A stretch of DNA of 64,000 bases from assembly GCA_039831155.1 (NCBI GenBank), contig JBDONT010000043.1, positions 160,001 to 224,000 of the forward strand, read 5' to 3'. The notes under the pieces were generated by a model. It saw nothing but the letters and a program-made list of their open reading frames with translations, made no database searches and had not been told where the DNA came from. Shown here in pieces: positions 20,891-30,443 of the stretch. How positions within the stretch are numbered: position 1 is the stretch's first letter; each line of letters starts with the position of its first letter. The DNA comes from Nautiliaceae bacterium. Its GTDB lineage: Bacteria > Campylobacterota > Campylobacteria > Campylobacterales > Nautiliaceae. A program made the translations under genes and the position numbers.

Positions 20891-22750
20891 ATGTTTAGTT
20901 CGAATCCTCTTTCTTTGTTGTTCGTTTTTTTAATCTTGCTCGGAGTAATTCCGAATCTTTTTTATATGGCGGGATATTTGTCTCACATAAAAAGAAAAAC
21001 GCATTTTTTAATCCATTATTTTACGTTCATTTTTTCAATGACAGGTGTCGTTTTATCAAACGAAATTCTGCCGTTTTTGTTTTTCTGGGAGCTTATGAGC
21101 CTTGCAAGCTGGCAGCTTATTTTAACCGAACCTACTGACGAAGCCATTAAAGCCGCAAGGTTTTACTTTTTTATAACGCATTTCGGATTTGTTTTTATTC
21201 TGCTTTTCTTTTTAATGCTCGGGGGAGATTCTTTATTTACGGATTTTGAAACTTTAAAAGAGTTGGCGGCTGGTTTTAAATACCCTACTCTTTTATTTTT
21301 ACTTATAACCATAGGATTTTTAAGTAAAGCCGGTGCCGTACCGCTTCATGTATGGCTTCCGTATGCCCATCCGGCGGCACCTTCTCCGGTATCCGCCCTT
21401 ATGAGCGGAATTATGCTGAAAATTGCAATTTATGCGTTTTTGAGATTTCTTTTTATTATCCCAAACTGGCAGATTGAATGGGGGGTTATTATTTTAGTGC
21501 TCGGGGCTGTTTCATCTCTCGTCGGGGTATTGTATGCCATTGCAAGCCACAATATAAAAGCCCTGCTTGCAAACCATTCTATTGAAAATATAGGGATTAT
21601 TCTTATCGGTATCGGGGTCGGTATAATTTTTACATACCTTAAACTCCCCGCCCTTGCGGCGTTTGCATTTATTGCCGCACTTTATCATACGTTTAACCAT
21701 ATGAGTTTTAAATCCCTGCTTTTTATGAGTGCGGGAAGCGTACTTTATTCAACACACACAAAGCACATAGAAAATTACGGAGGACTTATAAAACTTATGC
21801 CGGTTACCGCTTTTATGTTTTTAATCGCTGCGGTTTCCATCTCCGCCCTCCCTCCCACAAACGGATTTTTGAGCGAATGGATGATATTCCAGAGTATGCT
21901 CAGCTCAAACGGTATTGACAATCTTGTGCTTAAACTTTCTTTCCCTTTTGCGATTTTCGCCCTGGCTCTTACCGGCGGGCTTGCGATTGCCTGCTTTGTA
22001 AAAGCGTTCGGTATTACGTTTTTAGGACTTGCAAGAAGCGAAAACGCAAAACACGCAAAAGAGGTAAACAAATTAATGCTAACAGGTCAGATTCTGATGG
22101 CTGCGGTTGTAATTTCACTTATGCTTTTTATGCCGTTTTTTATAAAAATTATTAACCGTTCATTGCCGATTACGGATATTTATCATAAACTTTTCCAAAA
22201 TATCTGGGTTATGCATTCGCTCAATTCAAATGGTGCGGTTGCCCCTCTTTTGATTTTAGGAGGGCTTATAACAGTTGTTTTTGCAATATTCGCGTTTTAC
22301 AAATACTTAAACCCGAAAATCAGAATCCACCGCACATGGGCCTGCGGATACAACACCACTCCTAAAAGCCAGTATTCAGCCACAGGATTCGCGGGACCTA
22401 TAAGAAGGTTTTTCGAATGGCTCTACCGCCCGAAAATTCATACCCATACTCAAACTATTGCCGGACACAAAACCAAATTTTCGTCATCTCTTTATGAAGT
22501 GCATATCAAACCGCTTTTTGAAAAAACCTTATACGACAATGTTGTAAAAGGGCTTAATTATCTAAGTTATTTCGTATACAAACTTTCTCATTTTGAGAGA
22601 AACAGATATTCAAGCCTTATTTTTATGCTTTTGATATTCGCTCTGTTTAGTTTCAGGGTTTTTTACAAAGAATATAACTGGGGAAATATCTTACTTGAAA
22701 TCATCGTAATGGCGATATTTTACAAATTCCTGTTCGGAGAGGAAAAATGA
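20891..22750 (+). CDS. Ehr/hydrogenase-4 antiporter-like subunit (HyfB-like)
   Basis: FFWELMS, KAGAVPLHVWLPYAHPAAPSPVSALMSG and WACGY motifs. Confidence 0.9.
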   Translation: MFSSNPLSLLFVFLILLGVIPNLFYMAGYLSHIKRKTHFLIHYFTFIFSMTGVVLSNEILPFLFFWELMSLASWQLILTEPTDEAIKAARFYFFITHFGFVFILLFFLMLGGDSLFTDFETLKELAAGFKYPTLLFLLITIGFLSKAGAVPLHVWLPYAHPAAPSPVSALMSGIMLKIAIYAFLRFLFIIPNWQIEWGVIILVLGAVSSLVGVLYAIASHNIKALLANHSIENIGIILIGIGVGIIFTYLKLPALAAFAFIAALYHTFNHMSFKSLLFMSAGSVLYSTHTKHIENYGGLIKLMPVTAFMFLIAAVSISALPPTNGFLSEWMIFQSMLSSNGIDNLVLKLSFPFAIFALALTGGLAIACFVKAFGITFLGLARSENAKHAKEVNKLMLTGQILMAAVVISLMLFMPFFIKIINRSLPITDIYHKLFQNIWVMHSLNSNGAVAPLLILGGLITVVFAIFAFYKYLNPKIRIHRTWACGYNTTPKSQYSATGFAGPIRRFFEWLYRPKIHTHTQTIAGHKTKFSSSLYEVHIKPLFEKTLYDNVVKGLNYLSYFVYKLSHFERNRYSSLIFMLLIFALFSFRVFYKEYNWGNILLEIIVMAIFYKFLFGEEK

Positions 22751-23667
22751 CAAACTATATACTGACAGTCCTTATAATCTTTTTAATCGCTCCGTTTTTA
22801 CTCGGGCTTACCAAATCGATAAAAATGTTTCTGCTTTTTAAAAAGCCGGCAAATCCTTTTCAGCCGTATATCGATTTTGCAAAACTTATCAATAAAGAGC
22901 TCATTTACGCAAAGGAATCAAGCGTTATCAGTAAAATTGCGGTATTTATGATTTTATCACCCATTGTCGTGACGGTGTTTTTAATGCCGCCGGTTTTTAA
23001 AGGAAGTTTTTACATTTCATTCATCGACGCATTTACGATAACGGGTCTTTTGTCGCTTTCGACTTTTTTTTTAATGCTTTTGGGACTGGATTCGGCAAGT
23101 GCGTTCGGAGGAATAGGCAGCAGCCGTGAAGCGTTTATTTCGGCACTTGTCGAACCGGCTATGATTTTAACGATTTTCAGCATTTCACTGATTGGAAAAA
23201 GCATAGGAATCAGTGAAGCCGTGTTAAATTTAAACAACAGTTTCGATATAAACCACGCCGCAAGTTTTGTTTTGGCGGCAATCAGCTTTTTTATTATCTT
23301 AATTGCGGAAAACGGAAGAATTCCAGTTGACAACCCGGAGACCCACCTTGAGCTAACTATGGTGCACGAAGCTATGATTCTTGAGAGTACAGGTGCCGAT
23401 TTGGCGTTAATCGAAATGGCAAGTGCACTTAAATTTGCGGTTTTTTCAACACTTTTTGTAAGTCTTTTTCTGCCTTTCGGGGTGAACCTCTGCTGGTGTT
23501 TAGCCGTTTTGGTGTTTATTGCAAAACTTGTTTTAGTTTCAATCGCCGTAGCTCTTATTGAAGTAAATACGGCAAAACTGAGACTCTTTAAAGTCCCTAA
23601 TCTTCTTGGAATTGCGATAATTTTCGGATTTTTGTCACTATTTATCTATTACGTGGTGGGAGTTTAA
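22747..23667 (+). CDS. Ehr membrane subunit (HyfC/HycD/NuoH-like)
   Basis: QPYIDFAKL, GSSRE and AENGRIPVDNPETHLELTMVHE motifs. Confidence 0.9.
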   Translation: MTNYILTVLIIFLIAPFLLGLTKSIKMFLLFKKPANPFQPYIDFAKLINKELIYAKESSVISKIAVFMILSPIVVTVFLMPPVFKGSFYISFIDAFTITGLLSLSTFFLMLLGLDSASAFGGIGSSREAFISALVEPAMILTIFSISLIGKSIGISEAVLNLNNSFDINHAASFVLAAISFFIILIAENGRIPVDNPETHLELTMVHEAMILESTGADLALIEMASALKFAVFSTLFVSLFLPFGVNLCWCLAVLVFIAKLVLVSIAVALIEVNTAKLRLFKVPNLLGIAIIFGFLSLFIYYVVGV

Positions 23668-23668
23668 A

Positions 23669-24256
23669 ATGATAAACGTTTTAATAGGCTTTTTTACGGC
23701 GACACTAATTACCTCTCTTTTTACAAACCGCCTTTTCAGGCTCTATTTATGGTATGGTATAAACTCTTTAATTTTAGGGTTAATAGGCATACTTATAGGG
23801 AAAATTTATAACTTAAACGAACTTGTAATTATGGGTATAATTACAATAGTTATAAAATTTTTAATAATTCCGTTTGCACTAAAAAAAATCACTTTTCGTT
23901 TTAAAATTTCAAGAGACATCACCCCGATTATCAAAATCCAGTACCTTACCATTTTAGTGCCGGTTGTATTGGTATTTACCTACTACCTCATCACGCCCGT
24001 ATTAAAAACGTTTCAAACGCATCCTAATTTTGTTGCGATTTCAATAAGTTCACTTTTTCTTTCACTTCTTTTGATAATGGAACACAAAAAAATGATTGCA
24101 AAAATTATGGGGTTTTTGTTTATTGAAAATTCTCTGTTTTTACTCGGAATCGTAGCGACACACGGAATGCCCTCACTCATTGAGCTCGGGGTGTTTTTTG
24201 ATTTGATGATGTTTATTTTGATTATAAATTTACTTTTTAAATATCAAGGAGAATAG
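23669..24256 (+). CDS. Ehr membrane subunit (HyfE-like)
   Basis: KFLIIP, GFLFIENS and ELGVFFD motifs. Confidence 0.85.
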   Translation: MINVLIGFFTATLITSLFTNRLFRLYLWYGINSLILGLIGILIGKIYNLNELVIMGIITIVIKFLIIPFALKKITFRFKISRDITPIIKIQYLTILVPVVLVFTYYLITPVLKTFQTHPNFVAISISSLFLSLLLIMEHKKMIAKIMGFLFIENSLFLLGIVATHGMPSLIELGVFFDLMMFILIINLLFKYQGE

Positions 24257-25636
24257 ATGGAATTTCTTTTCATACCGCCTGTTTTAATTTTTATATTAAG
24301 TTATTTTAAAATAAGCAGAACGCTTATGGCGGCGATTGCCTCTTTAATATTTTTCGCTGTTTTATACACAATCAGCAATCCGTTTGTAAACAAATACTTT
24401 TTTGTAGATAAACTTTCAGGATTTGTACTTTCCGTCTCTTCAATAGTAGCGGTGGCAATTTTCGTATCCATGATAGATTTGCCAAAAAGGATAAATCTAA
24501 AAGAACATTCGATTAAAAGATTTTACAGATTCTTTGCGGTATTCTGGATAGGAATTATCATTTCAATTCTTTCAAACAACATGGGGCTTTACTGGGTGGG
24601 GCTTGAATTTGCGACTTTATCAACAGTATATATGATAAAAGTAAAAGTTTCAAAAGATGCGGATATTGAAGCTTGGAGATATTTAATAGTGGGAGCAATT
24701 GCAATTTCTTTGATACTTTTCGGAATTATTTTAATATACGCATCAAGCAAAAGCGTACTCGGCGATTATGCCATGAATTTTTATTCGTTAATCAACAATA
24801 CGCAAAAAATAAACAGTTATCTTTTCGAGCTCGGATTTATATTTGTAATGATCGGAATGTTTATTAAAATGGGATTTTTCCCTATGAATTTATGGTTGGC
24901 AGACATTGAGAGGGCATCAATCTATCAGGTGGGGGCACTTTTTAGCGGAATACTCGAAAGTGCCATTATTTTAGGATTTTTTAGATTCAGTGAAATAGAA
25001 AAACATATAAACTATTCACATCTGATCGGTATAGGTTATACATATATTTTAATTACCCTCTTTTTTGTAAGCTTTTTAATTTACAGGGCAAAAGATTTCG
25101 TGCGTCTTTTTTCACTTTCTGGAATTGAACATATGGGGCTTATTGCTCTTTTTTGGGTAAGCGGGGGATATTTTGCGGCTCTGCTTCATTTTGCAGCACA
25201 CGCTTTTATGAAACCGGCACTTTTTATAAGCTCCCAGATTTTAGAACAAAACAAAAAATACCTTTTCAAAGGCGTACTTAAAAACATAAATAAATTCGCC
25301 GCATTTTTAATAGAGGCAATGTTTTTAGGAGTAATTTCCCTTCCTCCAAGTCCGATGTTTTTCAGTGAAATATACGGATTTAAAGCAATGATAGATGTCG
25401 CTAAAGATTCAAACTATTTCTTTTTAATGATTGGAGCCGTTTTTGTCCTTTTAATGTTACTTAGCATAATATTTTACAGATTCGTTCATATTTATCAGGA
25501 TATGCTATATGCAGGAGATGAAAAAGAAAAAAAAGTTTATAAAAGCGAAATAGTTGCCATATTGATTCTTTTTATTTCAACCGCACTTCTTTTACTTCCT
25601 CAAAGTTTTGAATTTATAGAAGGGATTATGAAATGA
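24257..25636 (+). CDS. Ehr antiporter-like subunit (HyfF-like)
   Basis: WVGLEFATL, EAWRY, KMGFFPMNLWL and SGIEHMG motifs. Confidence 0.88.
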   Translation: MEFLFIPPVLIFILSYFKISRTLMAAIASLIFFAVLYTISNPFVNKYFFVDKLSGFVLSVSSIVAVAIFVSMIDLPKRINLKEHSIKRFYRFFAVFWIGIIISILSNNMGLYWVGLEFATLSTVYMIKVKVSKDADIEAWRYLIVGAIAISLILFGIILIYASSKSVLGDYAMNFYSLINNTQKINSYLFELGFIFVMIGMFIKMGFFPMNLWLADIERASIYQVGALFSGILESAIILGFFRFSEIEKHINYSHLIGIGYTYILITLFFVSFLIYRAKDFVRLFSLSGIEHMGLIALFWVSGGYFAALLHFAAHAFMKPALFISSQILEQNKKYLFKGVLKNINKFAAFLIEAMFLGVISLPPSPMFFSEIYGFKAMIDVAKDSNYFFLMIGAVFVLLMLLSIIFYRFVHIYQDMLYAGDEKEKKVYKSEIVAILILFISTALLLLPQSFEFIEGIMK

Positions 25637-26997
25637 GACTGATAGCAAGATTTGCACTCGATAATACCGACTATTTTGAAATTATAGACGTTTTTGACAA
25701 GGAAATACTCCGTCAAAAAATCGATAAACAAAATCCAGCAGTAAAATCCATTATGCCTAAATACCCCGCAGCCATTTGGATGGAAAGAAAAATAAAAGAC
25801 GAATTCGGCATAGAATTTGAAGGGGCGTTTGATAAAAGACCTCTTGTTAAACATGAAAGGTTTCCAAAACATATTTATCCTTTAAGAAAGGATTTTAAAA
25901 AAAATGAGATTGATTTTAGCGTATTTAAGCCTTATAAATATGAAGAAATCGAGGGTGAGAGCACTTTTGTAGTACCTGTTGGCCCGATTCACGCCGGAAT
26001 TATAGAACCCGGTCATTTTCACTTTTCTCAGGCCGGTGAAGAGATACTTCACTTAGAAGTTAGGCACTATTATAAATACCGCGGCATTGAAAAAATGGTT
26101 GAAGGAAAAAAACCGCAGGGAATTAAAAAAATAATTGAAAGAATAAGCGGAAATGAATCTATTGCCTATCAAATCGCCTTTATAGATATTTTAACCCAGG
26201 CAAGCGAAAAAGAAATTCCAAATTCACTAAAACAGAAATATTTTACTTTGCTTGAGCTTGAGAGGATAATCCATCATTTAACCGACCTCGGATTTATACC
26301 AAACGACGCTGGATTTAGTGCGGCACTTTCTTTTATGAGTAAACTTACAGAAGAGACAAGAAGAATCATGGCAAAAATTACGGGACACAGATTCGGATTT
26401 GGTGCCATAAAAGAAGAAGTTGAAATTGATTATAAAACGCTTATTGATTTTGTAAATTACCTGAAAAAAGAAGTTGAGTTTTTTGAAGAATGGACGGATG
26501 ATATCGCAAGTTTGTGGGACAGATACAACACAACGGGAGCATTGAGTAAACAAAAGGCTGTAAAATACGGCGTTGTTGGAGCGGCCGCAAGGGCAAGCGG
26601 AATTAAACTTGATGTAAGAAACAATATTTTTTACAAAAATTTTGGCTATGAAATGCAACTTGGAGAAAAAGGAGAAGTCGGAGACAGGTTTAAAGTGAGA
26701 ATCAAAGAAGTGCTAAATTCAATTGAAATGATTAAAAACTTCAAAACGGACAAAAAAGAAAAACTGATATTAACCGAATTTAAAGACGGGGAATATATGA
26801 GTTTTGTTGAAAGTTCTATCGGAGAACTTTTTATGTATATGAAAATTAAAAACGGGGTAATTGACAGATTTTACGTACGTGACCCATCACACATAAACTG
26901 GCAGGCGTTTCACACGACGATTTATAAAGACATTATTGCGGATTTTCCGCTTATTAATAAAAGTTTTGATTTAAGTTATGCAGGTAATGATTTGTAA
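25633..26997 (+). CDS. Ehr large subunit (HyfG/HycE/NuoCD-like) lacking NiFe-binding CxxC motifs
   Basis: VGPIHAGIIEPGHFHF, YRGIEK, ELERI; L1 motif reads ERISGNES and L2 reads DLSYAGNDL; the protein contains no Cys. Confidence 0.9.
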   Translation: MRLIARFALDNTDYFEIIDVFDKEILRQKIDKQNPAVKSIMPKYPAAIWMERKIKDEFGIEFEGAFDKRPLVKHERFPKHIYPLRKDFKKNEIDFSVFKPYKYEEIEGESTFVVPVGPIHAGIIEPGHFHFSQAGEEILHLEVRHYYKYRGIEKMVEGKKPQGIKKIIERISGNESIAYQIAFIDILTQASEKEIPNSLKQKYFTLLELERIIHHLTDLGFIPNDAGFSAALSFMSKLTEETRRIMAKITGHRFGFGAIKEEVEIDYKTLIDFVNYLKKEVEFFEEWTDDIASLWDRYNTTGALSKQKAVKYGVVGAAARASGIKLDVRNNIFYKNFGYEMQLGEKGEVGDRFKVRIKEVLNSIEMIKNFKTDKKEKLILTEFKDGEYMSFVESSIGELFMYMKIKNGVIDRFYVRDPSHINWQAFHTTIYKDIIADFPLINKSFDLSYAGNDL

Positions 26998-27002
26998 TGA
27001 AC

Positions 27003-27258
27003 ATTATTTTTTTATTAAAAGCACTCAACAAGAGTGCAGATTTTAGCCATTTCAAAAAAGCTAAAAAGTGCAAACGGGAGAGCCGTTAAAAAAACGACAA
27101 CTGCTTGTCGTTTTTAGGCTCGCACGGCGATGAAAATGTGTAAACTTGCACTTCATACGCCTGTAAAGCGCCCTTCGGGTTTAGTGCACTTTTTTATACG
27201 CTTTTTTTCATTAAAATCTGCAATTGTTTCGCTTTATTTAATAAAAAATAAAAATAAT
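27003..27258. repeat. About 250-bp nested palindrome (MITE/REP-like or structured RNA) between the Ehr large and small subunit genes
   Basis: Inverted pairs 27008-27019/27237-27248 (12 bp), 27035-27045/27212-27222 (11 bp), 27063-27072/27185-27194 (10 bp) and 27090-27100/27105-27115 (11 bp, 4-nt loop). Confidence 0.75.
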
Positions 27259-27281
27259 TTCCTATTTAAAAGGACTGAAAA

Positions 27282-27782
27282 ATGCTCAGATTTTGGGAAA
27301 AAAGATTTAAAACCGGAATAGTTACCGAAAATTTGGAATTAGATAAAGAACTTGAAAAAATAAAAAAAGAGATAAAAGACAAAGTCAAAAAACACTTTGC
27401 CGGAAGTCTGGCAATAAGAATGGTTGACAGCGGAAGCTGTAACGCATGCGAAGCCGAATGCAACGCCTTATCAAATCCGTATTACGACCTTGAAAGACTC
27501 GGAATTCATTTTGTTGCAAGTCCGAGACACGCGGATGTTATATTTTTAAGCGGGGTTATGACTGTGAATATGTACCACCATGCAATAGACTGCTACAATC
27601 AGATACCCTCCCCCAAATGGGTAATAGCTATAGGTGACTGTGTAAAAGATTTGGGAGTGTTTGAAAAAACATACGCAATAAAAGGCAACGGTTTAAAAAT
27701 AGATTATTATATCCCCGGATGTCCTCCAACCCCGAAAGAGATAATAAAGGGGATTTTGGAGTTTTTAAAAACTCTTGATTAA
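27282..27782 (+). CDS. Ehr small Fe-S subunit (HyfI/HycG/NuoB-like)
   Basis: SGSCNACEAE, SPRHAD, AIGDC and IPGCPP motifs. Confidence 0.92.
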   Translation: MLRFWEKRFKTGIVTENLELDKELEKIKKEIKDKVKKHFAGSLAIRMVDSGSCNACEAECNALSNPYYDLERLGIHFVASPRHADVIFLSGVMTVNMYHHAIDCYNQIPSPKWVIAIGDCVKDLGVFEKTYAIKGNGLKIDYYIPGCPPTPKEIIKGILEFLKTLD

Positions 27783-28504
27783 TCTCCTAGATATTTTAAA
27801 ATTTTTTTTTCTATTTGTTTTTTATTTTCTTTTTTTAGAAAAAAATAATGTTCTCCACTTAACATAATATTTTCACTATTTAATAATTTTGATTGAATCT
27901 CCACTGCCTTTGGAGGTACTGCCGTGTCGTTATTTGCTCCAAATATTATTACTTTTCCTCTATAATTTCTAAAAATTTCTCTAAAATCCTCATCTACTAC
28001 ATTTTTAAACGTTTTATACATATTTTCACTCATTCCTTTTACATCTTCACTTACAAATAAGCTTCTAAACTTAGAAAGCCCCAATTTTTTTAAAAGTTTA
28101 AAAAGTTTTATCTTTAATTTTACACTGAATTTTTTAGGCATTACTATTCCGGCACTTGCCAAAAGAACCAAAATTTGAGGCTTTAAAAGCGTAGCAACCT
28201 TACCACCGAAACTATGTCCTATTATTATGTATTTATCCGCTTTAATTTCACTCAAAAATTTATCCACAATTTTTGCATACTCTTTGGTAGTAAGCACATA
28301 ATCATTACTGCTTTTTCCAAACCCCGGCATATCTACATAAATATGCCTAAAATCTTTAAAACTGTCCTTAAAAGCGTTTTTCATAATCTCTTTATTACTC
28401 CCCCACCCGTGCAAAAACACAATATCCTTTTTATTTGAAGGATTTAAAATATCGTAAGAAATATCGAAAACTTTTCCCTCCACCTCAACTCTTCTAAGAG
28501 CCAC
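27779..28504 (-). CDS. Alpha/beta fold hydrolase
   Basis: LHGWG, DMPGFG and GHSFGG nucleophile elbow; probable GTG start at 28504. Confidence 0.9.
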   Translation of the reverse strand: MALRRVEVEGKVFDISYDILNPSNKKDIVFLHGWGSNKEIMKNAFKDSFKDFRHIYVDMPGFGKSSNDYVLTTKEYAKIVDKFLSEIKADKYIIIGHSFGGKVATLLKPQILVLLASAGIVMPKKFSVKLKIKLFKLLKKLGLSKFRSLFVSEDVKGMSENMYKTFKNVVDEDFREIFRNYRGKVIIFGANNDTAVPPKAVEIQSKLLNSENIMLSGEHYFFLKKENKKQIEKKILKYLGD

Positions 28505-28880
28505 TTTTTTCTCCGTATTTAGGAATAAATACAAGGCTTGTAGAATTTATACAGTATCTTATCCCAGTAGGTGCCGGCCCGTCTCCGAAAATATGTCCTA
28601 AATGAGCTTTGCATTTTCCACACATAGCTTCAATCCTTACCATTCCTCCACTAAAATCCGGTGTTTCCAAAATCTCCCCTATAGGTATATAAAAACTAGG
28701 CCAACCGGTTCCACTATCAAACTTATGCTCACTGCTAAAAAGCACAGCCCCACAACATTTACATTTATAAACTCCCGGAGTCTTATTATCCCAATATTCA
28801 TTATCAAAAGCTCTTTCGGTACCTTTTTGACAAATTACATATCTTTCAAATTCACTTAACTCATTTTTACAATCGCACAT
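28494..28880 (-). CDS. msrB: Peptide methionine-(R)-sulfoxide reductase
   Basis: GTERAF, KFDSGTGWPSF, HLGHIF and RYCINS motifs; two CxxC. Confidence 0.95.
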   Translation of the reverse strand: MCDCKNELSEFERYVICQKGTERAFDNEYWDNKTPGVYKCKCCGAVLFSSEHKFDSGTGWPSFYIPIGEILETPDFSGGMVRIEAMCGKCKAHLGHIFGDGPAPTGIRYCINSTSLVFIPKYGEKSGS

Positions 28881-28929
28881 ACCTTTCCTTTGATATAATT
28901 TCGAAAATTTTATCCAAAATAGGAGTCAA

Positions 28930-29493
28930 ATGAAAGACTTAAGCTCAATAAACAAACTAATAGAAGCTTTAGAAGAGTTACCAAGTATCGGCAAAAAATC
29001 GGCAACAAGACTAGCCCTTAGCTTAGCAAAAGATAAATTTAAAGCCTTAAAACTTATAAACGCCATAGAAGATGTGGTAACCCATATAAAAGAGTGTGAA
29101 ATATGCGGCAACTTCAGCGAACACGAAATATGTGATATATGTGCCGATGAAAATAGAGAGAAAATATTAGCCGTAGTAGAAAACTCAAAAGATATCTTAA
29201 CCATAGAAGAGTCCGGAAGCTACAGGGGGTATTATTTTGTGTTAAACCATTTAGACGATGAAAACATTCAAAAACTTAGGGAAATCATCCGAGAAAAAAA
29301 CATTAAAGAAATTATTTTCGCTTTTCCTCCTAGTGTTGAGAGTGAAGCCAGAAGTTTATATTTAGAAGACAAACTAAAGGATTTAAACATTGAATTTTCT
29401 CAAATAGCCCAAGGAGTACCGACAGGAGTTCATTTTGAAAATGTAGATATAAACTCTCTCGCAAGTGCTATAAAAAAAAGAGTTAAATTTTAA
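28930..29493 (+). CDS. recR: Recombination mediator RecR
   Basis: LPSIGKKSA, CEICGN...CDIC zinc finger, IAQGVPTG; TGATATAAT at 28891-28899. Confidence 0.94.
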   Translation: MKDLSSINKLIEALEELPSIGKKSATRLALSLAKDKFKALKLINAIEDVVTHIKECEICGNFSEHEICDICADENREKILAVVENSKDILTIEESGSYRGYYFVLNHLDDENIQKLREIIREKNIKEIIFAFPPSVESEARSLYLEDKLKDLNIEFSQIAQGVPTGVHFENVDINSLASAIKKRVKF

Positions 29494-29508
29494 CCTCATT
29501 TACAAATT

Positions 29509-29893
29509 TTATACCCCATTAACATAATACCACTTATCTTCTTTTAAAAACCTACTCCTCTCTTTCATCACATAATCATCAATATAAGCTCTAAACTCAA
29601 CAAAAGCATCTTTTTCTCCATCAATAAATTCTACAATTTCAAGCTTTTTAAAATTACTATTGCTAAATTCTTTTATAGATTTTTTCCATTCATTGACATC
29701 CGATTTATTATGAAATGAGGAAAAGTTTTATGAGTGGTTTTTAATCGGCGTTTCCTATAGCATAAGCAGAAAACCTATTTTTCATAAGAAGTAAAGCATT
29801 TGGAGCAGTGCCTAGTTTATGCCACTTAAAACAACACTCTTTATATTTTTTCCCACTTCCACAAGGGCATTTTGAATTTTTAGAAATTTTCAT
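29509..29893 (-). pseudogene. YchJ / SEC-C motif protein pseudogene
   Basis: Manual translation MKISKNSKCPCGSGKKYKECC...LMKNRFSAY..GNAD*, then two frame changes to KTTH and ...FVEFRAY...ERSRF...WYYVNGV*. Confidence 0.85.
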
Positions 29894-30429
29894 TTTCCTA
29901 CAAACACTTTCAATCTAAAATAAAACTTATCATCCGAAATAGGCACAAACTCATAATTAATTCTCTCACTTCTTGTCGCTATTTCATAAAACCCTATTCC
30001 TCCACCCTTTGCGTGAGTGTTTTTTCCACTTCTTCTGGCTTCTCTGTACATTTTTTTAATCTCTTCTTTAGTGGATGAGGTAATTTCTTTTAGTTTTTGT
30101 TCAATTTTTATCTTATCGTTTTTATCTATAATGTTTTGACTAAAAACATAATAACACCCAAACTCTTCTTTTCCCACAACTATAAACCCTTTCGGGTCAA
30201 ATCCCTCTTTTTCTTTTTGTTTTGAATAATTCATCATATTTTGGGCAAGCTCTATAAAAATAATAAAAATCCTATTGGCAAGTCTCATAGAAAGTTCTGA
30301 AGTTTGAGTTTCTTTCTCCAACGCTTCCGTCATCCCCACAATCAAAGACTGGGTTAAAAACCCTCCGTACGTTAAAAAAACTATCCCGTCGTCTTTTAAA
30401 ATTTTTTCCAAATTTTTTATATCTTACAT
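29890..30429 (-). pseudogene. SiaB family (DUF6272) kinase-like gene with a stop at codon 2; a TTG restart at 30411 is possible
   Basis: IFIELAQNMMNYS and KGGGIGFYEIA motifs; GAGG-spaced ATG at 30429 is followed immediately by TAA, in frame with the 173-aa ORF. Confidence 0.65.
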
Positions 30430-30443
30430 TTTAACCTCTTAAT

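Noticed and set aside
25633-26997. Functional [NiFe] hydrogenase or formate hydrogenlyase large subunit
   Set aside because: All four metal-binding cysteines are missing.
27130-27321. 63-aa ORF in the Ehr intergenic element
   Set aside because: It runs through the palindrome, overlaps the small-subunit gene out of frame and has no recognisable motif.
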